Translations under genes and position numbers: made by a program
From: Octopus bimaculoides
Lineage: Eukaryota
Assembly (NCBI RefSeq): GCF_001194135.2
Contig: NC_068998.1
Coordinates: 14,864,420 to 14,928,419, forward strand
Direction: 5' to 3'
DNA length: 64,000 nt
The notes under the pieces: generated by a model
What the model was told of the DNA's origin: nothing
The model's database searches: none
Seen by the model: the letters and a program-made list of their open reading frames with translations, nothing else
Shown: positions 26,481-39,482 of the stretch, one piece after another
Numbering within the stretch: the first letter of the stretch is position 1
Layout: each line of letters opens with the position of its first letter

Positions 26481-28619
26481 GCACAAACATAATATTAATG
26501 ATTGTAGATTAGAGCTTACATCAACAAATTCCAAATCACCCGATTCGACATACAAAAATCTGTTGACGCATTTGTAGTTCTAAAAAACCACTAGTAACAC
26601 TAGCAGCTACAAGAATAGTGGCGATATTTACGTCAATATCACCATCAGTAGAGACAGTAATAAGTTTTATCACTTCTCATGGTTATTTACTCTCCAAAGT
26701 AGCAGCACTTTTTGGTGGCGGGGAGTGTATATTAATTGTATCACAGTGTTAGTAAGCTGAACGCCAAATTCAAATGGCTGAGTAAAAAATACCGAAAGCT
26801 TGACAGACCAAATACTCAGAACATGAAAGTTTAAAATATGTAAGGGACAAATATGTAATTAGGTTTTTAAAAAAAGCCATTTATTTACAAATTCAAAAGA
26901 AGGTTTATTCGAGAAAAACATTGTAAGATATTTTGTTATGTCGGACTTTTTTCATAAGCTTTCACATTTTGGCAATATCATCATCTCCAGCGGAGACACC
27001 CACAATGCAAACAAAATATTACAGCACAACTCCTCGCCAAGAATGAAGTTAGCGCAAAATCAAATTGCACCGCATAATGTACACTGACAGCAAAAACAAG
27101 GAAATAATGAGGAATTCAATGACAATATTGTAAACAAAGAATTATACCAAAACGCTAAACAAATAAGTTTTAAAATAGTAACAACAACAATGGCACACTT
27201 TTCAGACAATGCAAACAGTATCATTTCGTAAATGACTGTGTGTGTTTCAGTCGTCATACAAACACAATTGTTAGATTTGACAAAGTTCCCAGATGGAGGA
27301 ATTGATTCACAGGATAGTATAACACCAGCGACTATCCCTTTACCCTAGAACGTAATTCAAGACAAAGCAATGAGGCAACTAAAATATCAATGACTAAAGA
27401 ATGCTGGTGCTTGTTTCCATTTACCTTAGAAACAACAGCAGTTAGAAGAAGCACTAAAGGAAATACCGGGGAAATATTCTCTTCTCTCTAATGGGAAAAA
27501 CTTGTGACAATGGCTCTTGTACAATAAGGACTGTTAGAAGAGATAACCGGCATGGTTTTTGTTTTATTTCTTTTTTATCAATTTACTATGAATACATGAC
27601 AAAGTTATTTCGGTTTCTGAAAATTCAAACTGAGTTGCAATTTCGAAGATGTTTAATACGGACTGACATAATGAAATGTCTTCATGTATTTTATCATAAT
27701 GACTGTTTAGCGTTGTTCTGCTTATAAGCATCAATATTTTTAACCCTTCATCGTTCATAACTAAGAGATTTCGCGAGTGTTTATGCCTTTATGACCTCAC
27801 ACCGAGATATTTTGAACCCAGTTACCTAAATTATATATCTGCTTTTATGATTAATTTTCGATGAATAATCTTCGCCTATTAACTTCTCCTTTCCTTTCCT
27901 CTTGTAATAAAAATAACATTGAGTTATACAACAAAGACTACAGGCGCACATGTCTGTCAGTTACATAAGTTTATGTTTACGATAAAACAGTGGGTATGAT
28001 GCATGTGGTAATGTATTGATGATCACCCATAATATAGTAAATGGTTAATGATCAAAGGCATTCCAACCATGACTATGCTGACTTGTTTTAAACAAGTTGT
28101 TTTGGTGTAGGCTGTGTAATGTCTGTCTATGTCTTCTAAAACCTGCATACGTTTATTTGACGGAGATAGGTAGCCTCTAAGGATGGCAATATAATTACAT
28201 ATAATCCTTCCTATTGACTTTCCTAGGCAACGCTGGGGGAAAATGAAGATCATGATCATGTATAGGAATATGATTATAATGACAACAATGAGGACTTTGT
28301 TCTTCGTGACATTAATGATGTTCATGATGATGATCATATTAAATGTGACGCTAGTAGCAACTGTTAGTAAGAAAGAAAGTAAATATTAAGAAGAAATGTT
28401 TGTGCAGCATCAGTAGACTTAACAGAATCGGATCATATCATTATAAAGACATGATATAGAAGTATGGATATTTAATTGAGGTAGGTCAGGATACTGTTCA
28501 TCTGATAATAGCCTAAGTTGTTGTTATACATTATGCAAGATATGTCAATCCGGTTTAGGTTGTCTGGCGGAGAATATCAATATCACCTAAAGACATATTT
28601 ATTTATACTCCGGGCTTCT

Positions 28620-28748
28620 TTCAGTTTCCGTCAACCAAATCCACTCACAAGGCATTGGTCGACACAAGACTATAGCAGAAGACACTTGCCCAAGCAGCCC
28701 TGTGATTGGGAAGCAAGATTCCTACCATACAGCAACCCCTGCGCCTAG
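28620..28748 (-). mobile_element. SINE family B 5' part (internally deleted)
   Basis: ccactcacaaggc.ttggtc...gaagacacttgcccaag...gggaagcaag...cctgcgcct; same as 63729-63840. Confidence 0.75.
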
Positions 28749-28753
28749 AAATT

Positions 28754-28799
<46 letters not shown>

Positions 28800-28838
28800 A
28801 AATGGTGAAGACAAATATAATAGATGCTTGGTTCATTT

Positions 28839-29596
28839 TATTTGTATCACAATGGAAAAGTAAGCAAAGTAAAAGGGATACCTATAAGAATAAGTATAAA
28901 ATGAACGGGATCAACAAGACAACCTCAAAATATCCGAAAAACACCCTACACATGTTTCAATCGGATAGTATGTTTGAATTATCAACATTCTAACTGTTAT
29001 ACATGTAATAAACCATATATTACCAAGTATCTTCAGTATGTATAGATTCCGGTTTTGAATTACAAAATAACTTATTTGAGGATTATGTTTAGAAATTTTC
29101 AAATGTAAGCAACAACTTATTAGGAGGCAGGGACCATGTAATTAGAAATTGATCGTTTAAATTTACCTAATATTGAACGTGGAAATGCTGCTAAAACACC
29201 AAATTCGTTTGAAAAATATATCTATAATTATATTTATAATATATTTATAAAGGTTTATGGGCGGCAGATGGTAGAAAGACAAATGTAACTTATCATGAGA
29301 GATATAATATACAAAGAATTAAATTGAGAAATGATAAAGAAGGGATGTAAAGTTTGTTTATATTATACTACGATAAGTATTTTTAGAAGCACTACAGGGA
29401 ATTATATTTATATTTATAAAGGTGTATGGGAGGAAGATGAGATAAATACAAATATAACTTACCATGTGTGGGAAGAACATCAGATAAATACAAATATAAC
29501 ATACTTTTGGGGGTGATTTGTTGATCCCGTTCATTTTATACTTATTCTTATAGGTATCTCTTTTACTTCGCTTACTTTTCCATTGTGATACAAATA
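28839..29596. repeat. About 92-bp inverted repeat enclosing a 575-bp AT-rich spacer (MITE/foldback-like)
   Basis: 28839-28930 is the reverse complement of 29505-29596 with few mismatches. Confidence 0.85.
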
Positions 29597-30681
29597 TAAC
29601 TTACCATGTATATTACCATTTGTAATATACAAAGAATTAGATTAAGAAATGTTAGTACAGAAGGTATGCAATGTTTGTTTATATAATAGTACGATAATGT
29701 TTTTAGAAGTACTACAGAGAAATATTGCTGCTATTTGGGATTTAATTGGTTAAAATATAATTTCCGGTGTTGTAAGAAAAAAATATTAAGTATGTAAAAA
29801 CAATATCACACCAATTGTTAATCCCACCTTATCTATAATATCACACCCATTATTATAATATCACAACGGAAGGAAGCCATTAAATAATACAATTACTTAA
29901 AGACAGGAAGCATTGACACGATGAAGCAGTTCCCATTCTGGTTCAAGTTTCTATTAAAATTCGATAGTGGATATTCACAAAAGCAGTGTCATTTTTGTGT
30001 AGCAGAAGGATGTAATGTTCTTATGCGCTTACATACAATTGAAATTTCATTTTGGCCAAGTAGGATGTACTATAACAGTAACAAATTATTAGTTTATTCA
30101 CATATATGTCTATAAATATATACTAACGCTAATATATGCATACATACATACATATATAACGATCCGAATACAGGGAGGAGAACAAGTAATAATGTGTATG
30201 TATGTGTGTGTGTGGGCGGGTATGGATGCGTGTGTGTATGTGTGTGCGTACACATGTATACATATTTTTATGTGTATTAAGGCTAATATTGGTTTCATGT
30301 TAAGAAAATATCTCAATACATCTTCTAGCCGATCTCATACAAATATTCTTATTCGTGCCCATTCAGAATGAAGACGGATACCAATTTTTGTATATGATCG
30401 GCTTCCAGGATTTTGGGAACAATTTCTTCCATGAAACGAATAGTAGCCTTAATACACAAATCAAACAATCTTTATCCACCTTTGTGATTCTGAGCACTCA
30501 TTCTCATTGTTCGATATTTACGTATAGTATATATACACACACACACACACACATATATATATANNNNNNNNNNNNNNNNNNNNNNNNNNNNNNNNNNNNN
30601 NNNNNNNNNNNNNNNNNNNNNNNNNNNNNNNNNNNNNNNNNNNNNNNNNNNNNNNNNNNNNNNNNNNNNNNNNTAGTAAGA

Positions 30682-30713
<32 letters not shown>

Positions 30714-30775
30714 AAGTGTTACTATATATACTCAAATGTGTTACTCAGTACATCATATAGTAGAGACTCACTATG

Positions 30776-31095
30776 TTAAGGCGCTTAGCTTAGTGGCTTG
30801 GGTATTCGGCTCACGATCATAAAGTCGTGAGTTCAATTCCAGGTGGCGCGTTGTGTCCTTGAGCAGGACACATTATTTCAAGTTGCTACAGTCCACTCAG
30901 ATGGCAAAATTGAGTAGTGGCTGTATTTCAAAGGGCCAGCCGTGTCACATTCTGTATCACACTGAATCGCCCTGAGAACTACGTTAAGAGTACACGCGTC
31001 GGTATAGTCCTCGCCCACTTGCACGTTAATTTCATTAGCAAGCTGTTCCGTTGGTCGGATTAACTGGAACCCTTGTCGTCGTAACCGGTTGAATG
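30776..31095 (+). mobile_element. SINE family A
   Basis: Colinear with 32744-33070 and reverse of 7159-7478. Confidence 0.9.
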
Positions 31096-31409
31096 TCAGC
31101 AGAAGCAGCAGCAGCAGAGACTCACTGAGCATAGATTTCCTTACATACACGTGTGTGTGATTGTTTGTTTGTGCTTCTGTGTGTGTGAACAAGATTTTGT
31201 AACGTGTGCTGTGTGTTTTAGTGTGTTTACATTTCTAAATATGTCTAAGTCTGCTATTTACATCCAGACATCTAATAAGTTTAGACGCCTTTAGTTTAAT
31301 CTATAAAATTTCAATAGCTATGAGCATTTATTCAATATTCTTCCCGTGCCACGTTTTCCGACATATCAAATATGGGATGTCATATATAGGTAAGTTCTTG
31401 TATGTGTGT

Positions 31410-31445
<36 letters not shown>

Positions 31446-31867
31446 ACGTGTGTGCGTGCATGCATGCTTATGTATGTGTGTATGTATATATCTATATGAA
31501 TATATATGTATGCGTGTATACGTACGTATGTATTTATTATGAATATATGTATGTACGTAAGTACTGGGGTGAGAAACGTTATGTTCATCGTGTGTGAGAT
31601 ATTTGCTTTGTGGTTTTTCTCCAGAATAAATTCTATTTTCATTTATTTATAATCTTTTCAAGTATTCTCTCATTGTTAACAAAGTCATGATCTATTTGCA
31701 ATATTTAATGTACAAACAACACTGTACAGAAAACTATCTTACCATAACACAATATCCGCCTATACAAACACGCTTGTGAGAGACATAAACTTTAGTATTA
31801 TTATTGATATACATTAATATAAAGATATTAATACAAATAATATTTCGTTTCTATTTGCGCATATTCT

Positions 31868-31927
<60 letters not shown>

Positions 31928-32197
31928 TACATATCTGTATATATGTATATCTATATATATTAGGCATTTATACATATATACATACATATATACATACATA
32001 CATTTATATATATATANNNNNNNNNNNNNNNNNNNNNNNNNNNNNNNNNNNNNNNNNNNNNNNNNNNNNNNNNNNNNNNNNNNNNNNNNNNNNNNNNNNN
32101 NNNNNNNNNNNNNNNNNNNNNNNNNNNNNNNNNNNNNNNNNNNNNNNNNNNNNNNNNNNNNNNNNNNNNNNNNNNNNNNNNNNNNNNNNNNNNNNNN

Positions 32198-32233
<36 letters not shown>

Positions 32234-32531
32234 CTAAATGTATATGTATATATCTAGACATATACATATATAAAAAATATATGCGTGTGTGTGTGTGTGT
32301 GTGTGTGTGATGGTGTGTGAATATATGTATATATAAAGTGCTAGTGTGTGTATGGATATATGTATGTATAATTTTATAAAAACAGATTTGAATATACATG
32401 TGTCTACATGCATGCATATACATTTACATGAATATATACATACACACACATAGATACACATATACATACATATATAAATAAACTGTGCTTATACATTCTT
32501 CACATACATTATTTATATACAAATATATGAT

Positions 32532-32595
<64 letters not shown>

Positions 32596-32743
32596 TGTGT
32601 GCATTTAACTGCATATTTACATAAAAACGTGCAAATATGAATGCGTAAAACTACGTGAATGCACACACACACACACAAACCCACACACGCACAGACACGC
32701 ACACACACACATACACACACACACATACACATATATATACATA

Positions 32744-33070
32744 GTGAAGGCACGTGGCCTAGTGGTTAGGGCATTCGGCTCGCGATCGTAAGGTCGTGAC
32801 GTCAATTCCCGGCGACGCGCTGCGTCGTTGAGCAAGACACTTTATTTTACGTTGCTTCAGTTCACTCAGATGGCGAAAATGAGTAGTGCCTGTATTTCAA
32901 AAGGGCCAGCCTTGTCACACTTTGTGTCACGCTGAATCTCCCTGAGAACTACATTAAGGGTACATGTGTCTGTGGAGTGCTCAGCCACTTGCACGTTAAT
33001 TTCACGAGCAAACTGTTCCGTTGATCATATCAACTGGGGCCCTTCTCGTCGTAACCGACGGAGTGCCCCT
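32744..33070 (+). mobile_element. SINE family A
   Basis: tRNA-like head gaaggcacgtggcctagtggttagggc...caattcccggc, CORE-like ttgagcaagacact, shared 3' tail caaaagggccagcc...gtcgtaaccgacggagtgcc. Confidence 0.92.
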
Positions 33071-34184
33071 AATATATATGTANNNNNNNNNNNNNNNNNN
33101 NNNNNNNNNNNNNNNNNNNNNNNNNNNNNNNNNNNNNNNNNNNNNNNNNNNNNNNNNNNNNNNNNNNNNNNNNNNNNNNNNNNNNNNNNNNNNNNNNNNN
33201 NNNNNNNNNNNNNNNNNNNNNNNNNNNNNNNNNNNNNNNNNNNNNNNNNNNNNNNNNNNNNNNNNNNNNNNNNNNNNNNNNNNNNNNNNNNNNNNNNNNN
33301 NNNNNNNNNNNNNNNNNNNNNNNNNNNNNNNNNNNNNNNNNNNNNNNNNNNNNNNNNNNNNNNNNNNNNNNNNNNNNNNNNNNNNNNNNNNNNNNNNNNN
33401 NNNNNNNNNNNNNNNNNNNNNNNNNNNNNNNNNNNNNNNNNNNNNNNNNNNNNNNNNNNNNNNNNNNNNNNNNNNNNNNNNNNNNNNNNNNNNNNNNNNN
33501 NNNNNNNNNNNNNNNNNNNNNNNNNNNNNNNNNNNNNNNNNNNNNNNNNNNNNNNNNNNNNNNNNNNNNNNNNNNNNNNNNNNNNNNNNNNNNNNNNNNN
33601 NNNNNNNNNNNNNNNNNNNNNNNNNNNNNNNNNNNNNNNNNNNNNNNNNNNNNNNNNNNNNNNNNNNNNNNNNNNNNNNNNNNNNNNNNNNNNNNNNNNN
33701 NNNNNNNNNNNNNNNNNNNNNNNNNNNNNNNNNNNNNNNNNNNNNNNNNNNNNNNNNNNNNNNNNNNNNNNNNNNNNNNNNNNNNNNNNNNNNNNNNNNN
33801 NNNNNNNNNNNNNNNNNNNNNNNNNNNNNNNNNNNNNNNNNNNNNNNNNNNNNNNNNNNNNNNNNNNNNNNNNNNNNNNNNNNNNNNNNNNNNNNNNNNN
33901 NNNNNNNNNNNNNNNNNNNNNNNNNNNNNNNNNNNNNNNNNNNNNNNNNNNNNNNNNNNNNNNNNNNNNNNNNNNNNNNNNNNNNNNNNNNNNNNNNNNN
34001 NNNNNNNNNNNNNNNNNNNNNNNNNNNNNNNNNNNNNNNNNNNNNNNNNNNNNNNNNNNNNNNNNNNNNNNNNTATATATATTTATAAATAAATAAATAT
34101 ATATATATATATATATATACATATATATACATACCTACATATATACATACATACCTGTGTGTATGTGTGTCAGTCTGTATATAT

Positions 34185-34330
34185 TAATCTCAAATTTTGG
34201 AATGAGGCAAGCAATTTCGCTGAGGGAGTAATTTGATTACATTTACTCAGTGCTCCACTGGTACTTGTTTTGTCGGTCCCGAAAGAGTGAAAGGCAAAGT
34301 CAACAACCACGCCGGAATTTGAATTGAGAC
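34185..34330 (-). mobile_element. SINE family C fragment
   Basis: ctcaaattttgg..agcaatt...cagtgctccactggtactt...cccgaaagagtgaaaggcaaagtc...ggaatttgaa. Confidence 0.75.
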
Positions 34331-34656
34331 TATGTTAGAATGATCCGTTCCTCTACAGGAAGATTCGAGACGAAGAAATGGATGGTGGAGATGTGAGGAA
34401 ATAATGAGTGGTAAGGAAGGGAGATGATAATGAAGTGAAGTAGGGGGCTGAGATTTTGCAATATCATATCAGAAATTCCTGCAAATTGCTGGATATCACA
34501 GGGCCGTTAAGCGATGGCATATTAAGTTAACCAGTGAGAAAGCGAAAGTTGCTTCAAGAAGGTGAAAGAAGAGTAGGGAAGTATAACCATGGATAGAGTT
34601 TTATTATATTGTATAACGCAATGTAAGCAGAATTCGGAATTCAGACCCAAAGCAAT

Positions 34657-34727
34657 TGTGGTGTATAGATGTTAAATGTGTATAGATGTTAACTGTGTAT
34701 AGATGTTAATTGTGGTGTATAGATGTT
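34657..34727. repeat. Minisatellite, four copies of a 17-20 bp unit (gtgtatagatgttaa core)
   Basis: Direct inspection. Confidence 0.9.
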
Positions 34728-34829
34728 TTGTGATTGAAATTTAACATTGACAGGCACTACTATGGCTGCAATACAAGAAGTGAATCAACTGAAGGTGTAA
34801 AGGTATACAAGACTAATACTGTGAATAAT

Positions 34830-34881
<52 letters not shown>

Positions 34882-36083
34882 NNNNNNNNNNNNNNNNNNN
34901 NNNNNNNNNNNNNNNNNNNNNNNNNNNNNNNNNNNNNNNNNNNNNNNNNNNNNNNNNNNNNNNNNNNNNNNNNNNNNNNNNNNNNNNNNNNNNNNNNNNN
35001 NNNNNNNNNNNNNNNNNNNNNNNNNNNNNNNNNNNNNNNNNNNNNNNNNNNNNNNNNNNNNNNNNNNNNNNNNNNNNNNNNNNNNNNNNNNNNNNNNNNN
35101 NNNNNNNNNNNNNNNNNNNNNNNNNNNNNNNNNNNNNNNNNNNNNNNNNNNNNNNNNNNNNNNNNNNNNNNNNNNNNNNNNNNNNNNNNNNNNNNNNNNN
35201 NNNNNNNNNNNNNNNNNNNNNNNNNNNNNNNNNNNNNNNNNNNNNNNNNNNNNNNNNNNNNNNNNNNNNNNNNNNNNNNNNNNNNNNNNNNNNNNNNNNN
35301 NNNNNNNNNNNNNNNNNNNNNNNNNNNNNNNNNNNNNNNNNNNNNNNNNNNNNNNNNNNNNNNNNNNNNNNNNNNNNNNNNNNNNNNNNNNNNNNNNNNN
35401 NNNNNNNNNNNNNNNNNNNNNNNNNNNNNNNNNNNNNNNNNNNNNNNNNNNNNNNNNNNNNNNNNNNNNNNNNNNNNNNNNNNNNNNNNNNNNNNNNNNN
35501 NNNNNNNNNNNNNNNNNNNNNNNNNNNNNNNNNNNNNNNNNNNNNNNNNNNNNNNNNNNNNNNNNNNNNNNNNNNNNNNNNNNNNNNNNNNNNNTATATA
35601 TATATATATATGTACACACATACACACAGACACACAAATACACTAACACACTCACAAACACACACAAATATTTGTTTCTATATGATTTATAATAAAACTA
35701 TCTGATGGATTGCTCTATACTTTTGTAGAGTACAAATTCATTATTTTATAAAAGAACGTTGTTGACAGTGACTTGGACGTTTCCACTAGTTAAGCCATCT
35801 TCGTTACCTTTTATGATATTTTTGAATATATCTTTGGTTCTTTATCAATCGGACCACGGATTTTCGCAGTTTTTCGGGTACCTTCAACTATTGGTGACTC
35901 ACCACAAAACTATCAGTCAGTAGGAAACGGTATTTTTCCGCTGTCTTTATCATGTAATAATAATGTAAGTGTATTTCTATTTGGGTCCGCTAAAGGAACT
36001 GTCAGTGATAACCACATGATTCTATGAATCCATGTTTTACACTGCAAATTTACATATATATATATATATATACATGATTAAAG

Positions 36084-36885
36084 ATAAAACCATTTTAACG
36101 ATTTTATCAAGTGGCCAGCGTGTAATAAAACCATACAGGCAACAATTTATACAAATATATAATTCTATAAATGTAATTATATTAAAGGGTGCGGATAAAC
36201 CTCAGCTACGCACCAGAAATACATTCCAAATGGCTCTAAACCACATCAACACTCCGTTAGCACAGGTTGTAAGCGAGCTGATGAATAAATAAATACGATT
36301 TTTAAAAAATGGGTTAATTATATATCAATTTTTGACTGTGGGATGTAAAACCCTTAGCTGCCATTAGTATAATACGCCCATGTTATGTAAATACAAATAT
36401 TTATTGATAGCCAAACGAACAATATATATCTGCACAAATATATACATACATTCGCATCAATACACTAGTTGAATCTAAGTTACTCGTCTCAACCACGTGT
36501 GTTTACAATCAAAATATCGCAGTGAATATAATTTGATCAAGAGTAGAAATATATATTTATACATAATTAAATATAAAACCATTTTAATGATTTTATCAAG
36601 TGACCAGCGTAACAATTTATACTAATGTATAATTATACAGATATAATTATATTAAAGGTTGCGGATAAACCCCACCAACAAGCTAGAAATAGACATCAAA
36701 TGGTTTTTAAAACCACATCAGGTTGTAAGATTTTTGTGATTTTTAGTGTCAGATACATCTCTAAGTCAGAAATTTATCTATACTTAACCCATGTTTAAAA
36801 TATTTTATATATCTATTCATCTACTCGCTTACAAGCTGGGCTAACGGAGTGTTGATGTGACTTTTAGAGTCATTTGGCGTGTATG

Positions 36886-36895
<10 letters not shown>
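36084..36895. repeat. Unit present as a full copy, a direct partial copy and an inverted partial copy
   Basis: 36084-36272 resembles 36573-36729 (direct); 36216-36322 resembles the reverse complement of 36782-36895. Confidence 0.8.
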
Positions 36896-36959
<64 letters not shown>

Positions 36960-36963
<4 letters not shown>

Positions 36964-37530
36964 ATGTCCCCAAAGAGTATACTCATATTTTAACTCCCCA
37001 TAATTCACTGAATTTTTCACTTCTTTTCATATCAGTTTGTCCCTAATTATGACAGAAGTACGACAAAGTTTTGAAGCAAGAAAAGTTATCATAAATACTA
37101 CTGGAAGCACGAAAATATGGAAGTGCAAAGACAATGTAGAGGACATTTTCACAAAGATCCAGCTGTGCGACGCAACGTTGCTTGCATACGAGATAAGTTT
37201 GAATCAGATAGAACTCTGCAAAACGTCCATAAGGAGCGTTCAGGAAGACCGAGGTCATCAACCAGCCCCGCCAAGGACGAAAAGTTGCAGGAAACCCTCC
37301 GGCAATCCCCACAGGAATCTATACGACGAATGGCTCGTGAGACGGGAATCGCCCAACGCATTTTGAAGCGAGTTGGTTGGAAATGTTATACGCCAACGTT
37401 AATCTATGCTCTATATCAAGACGATCCTGACCCAAGAGTTCAATTTTGTGAGTAGTACTTGGGAAAATGCGAGAAACATGCAGCATTTACATCAAAACTT
37501 GTTTGGACTGATAAGACCAATTTGCAACTA
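36960..37530 (+). pseudogene. Tc1/mariner transposase N-terminal half (HTH region to first catalytic Asp), degraded
   Basis: IRDKFESDRTLQNVHKERSGRPRSST, LRQSPQESIRRMARETGI, DPDPRVQFCE, LVWTD; begins right after a (TA)n run. Confidence 0.85.
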
Positions 37531-37810
37531 CAATTATCTCCAGAAAATACCCACAAGGATTCTTTACATGGATGTTCACTGTTGGAATGGAACTATACTC
37601 CAAGTACTCCTTCTTATTTATTCTTTCTTCTACAAATCCCTCTCACTTCTTACTACAAATTTCCTCTTATAGATGTAATAATCCATTCTTCTACTATTGC
37701 CGTCTCCGATGAAGGGATACATTGGATTTTCCCTGAAACAGCTGTAAGACTTTATACATAAATATAATTCTAACTTTGCCATTGGTTTCTTTACGGTTTG
37801 GTTTGTGTAC
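37530..37810 (+). mobile_element. Probable PLE terminal (pLTR) fragment carrying a hammerhead motif
   Basis: CT-rich tract followed by the ribozyme motif; abuts the broken mariner. Confidence 0.6.
37702..37750 (+). ncRNA. Minimal type I hammerhead ribozyme motif (U4-to-C variant)
   Basis: Stem I GUCU/AGAC; core CCGAUGA; stem II AGGGA/UCCCU; GAA; stem III palindrome ACAGCUGU; cleavage triplet GUA (after 37746). Confidence 0.75.
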
Positions 37811-38178
37811 CATTTGTTGTTTTAATGCGTGTGTGTTAGCTAAGTTATTCGTGCTTTGGCATGCATGTTTGTATTTGTGCGTTTATTAAGTTGTTTGTGT
37901 TGTGTGATGTTCTGTGCAAATATCGTGTACGAATAATATTCAAATAAAGATCTATGGTTGCTAGCAATTTTTATTTATTTGAATGATGCTCCATTATTTC
38001 TTATGTACATATGTATTACTCTTCTTTGTGTCAGACTGCGTTTAGTCTGTTATTTGTGTGAACTTTAGTAGATAATATATTAATATAGTGACTAACATTA
38101 ACTCGGTGTGTGTTTTAGGATATGAATTACAAATTTCTATTTTGTATATACATGTAAATAACAAAGTATCATATTTAT

Positions 38179-38219
<41 letters not shown>

Positions 38220-38679
38220 TATGTGGTGGTATGTGAGGGTGTGTGAGTGCGCCCGTAGGTATGTATGTATAATAAATGCAATAAAATATAACATACATCT
38301 CCGTTAATATATATTTTAAGTATCATCTGATGAATTAACTCTCTGAATAAGAAAGACAAATGTCTTTGTGTACACCCAACAATATTAACCATACCTTTAT
38401 AGATAGTATATTTATTTTATATGTATCGATTTCGAAACATTACAATTTATACACATGAATACATCATAATATAAAAAATTCATTAAGGTTTAAAATACGC
38501 AAACATTTATAAGAATTAAAATGTCTACGCACTAAAACGTGCGCGCGTGTGTCGACGGAGTGGGCGAAGTCGTGGCCAACAAGGAGGAACATAGTAGGCT
38601 TCCTTACTGCGTACACTTGCTGGAACTCCTGCACGCATCTTTGAACAGGGCCTTAAATTTAATTAACAATGCTGTTTGA

Positions 38680-39290
38680 AGTTGTTGCAAACTGTGATCA
38701 AACCCTGGTTGGAGATGGATGCTGTATGTGATTATGTATGCATGCATGTATGTATGTATGTATGTTATCAATCAGTTTCATTTCTGTATTTCTTGTCCAT
38801 AGAGAAAGAGCCGGACTCTAACATAGATTCAAGGCTCCTTCATTGGAACTTTTATCAACATCATCTAGGTATTTGTGCATATGTGTGTGTGTGCAGTATT
38901 TGGTGTTAGTGTATGCGCAGATTTGTATGTTTGTTTTATGGATGCGTTTTTATGTCTAGATGCATTATGTATGGATGTATGTATGTATGTATGTATATGT
39001 GTGTGTATGTATGTAAGTATATTAAATACTTGTGGGAGAATTTCTACGACTTCACAAGTTTCACATCTTGATTGTAATCTTACGAATTATTACGAGTGGG
39101 GTGCAGTTTACAAAGATACCAACCGCTCTGCCTCGCTAGTGGTCAAGATCAAGATGTCTGAAGATCTTCCTTGGGATACAGTTATGAACGCACGTGCCTG
39201 GTTCCCGAGCCGTCTTGAGGCCGCGGTGGAATATGAGGGCGACTACTTTGAGCAAAATGTTATCTCCCAGCCACAATCTAGTTGATTAGT
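38680..39290 (+). pseudogene. Tc1/mariner transposase catalytic C-terminal fragments split by microsatellites
   Basis: LLQTVIKPWL at 38685-38715; SHLDCNLTNYYEWGAVYKDTNRS...DLPWDTVMNARAWFPSRLEAAVEYEGDYFE at 39060-39255. Confidence 0.75.
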
Positions 39291-39449
39291 TTCTTTTTCT
39301 TTTTAATATTTTTCTTTATTTCTTAGTGGAATATTGTTTTTTCTTTATTTTATTTTCGTTTTATTCAGAGTTTCAAATTTTGCCCGAACACCTTGTATAT
39401 TTTTTGTGTTTGTATACGTATAAGCATGTATGTGTCCGGCAAGAGAGGA

Positions 39450-39482
<33 letters not shown>

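Noticed and set aside
27060-27348. Possible host exons (Cys-rich minus ORF; plus-strand frame after tttcag)
   Set aside because: Short, no motif, no linked exon; cannot be supported without RNA-seq.
32744-32815. Functional tRNA genes at SINE heads (also 30776, 50929, 56991)
   Set aside because: Cloverleaf stems pair poorly and the heads run into SINE bodies or tails.
34330-34620. Possible LINE RT fragment on the minus strand
   Set aside because: No clear motif survives translation.
34657-34727. CRISPR-like array
   Set aside because: Tandem units with no unique spacers, eukaryotic context, no cas genes.
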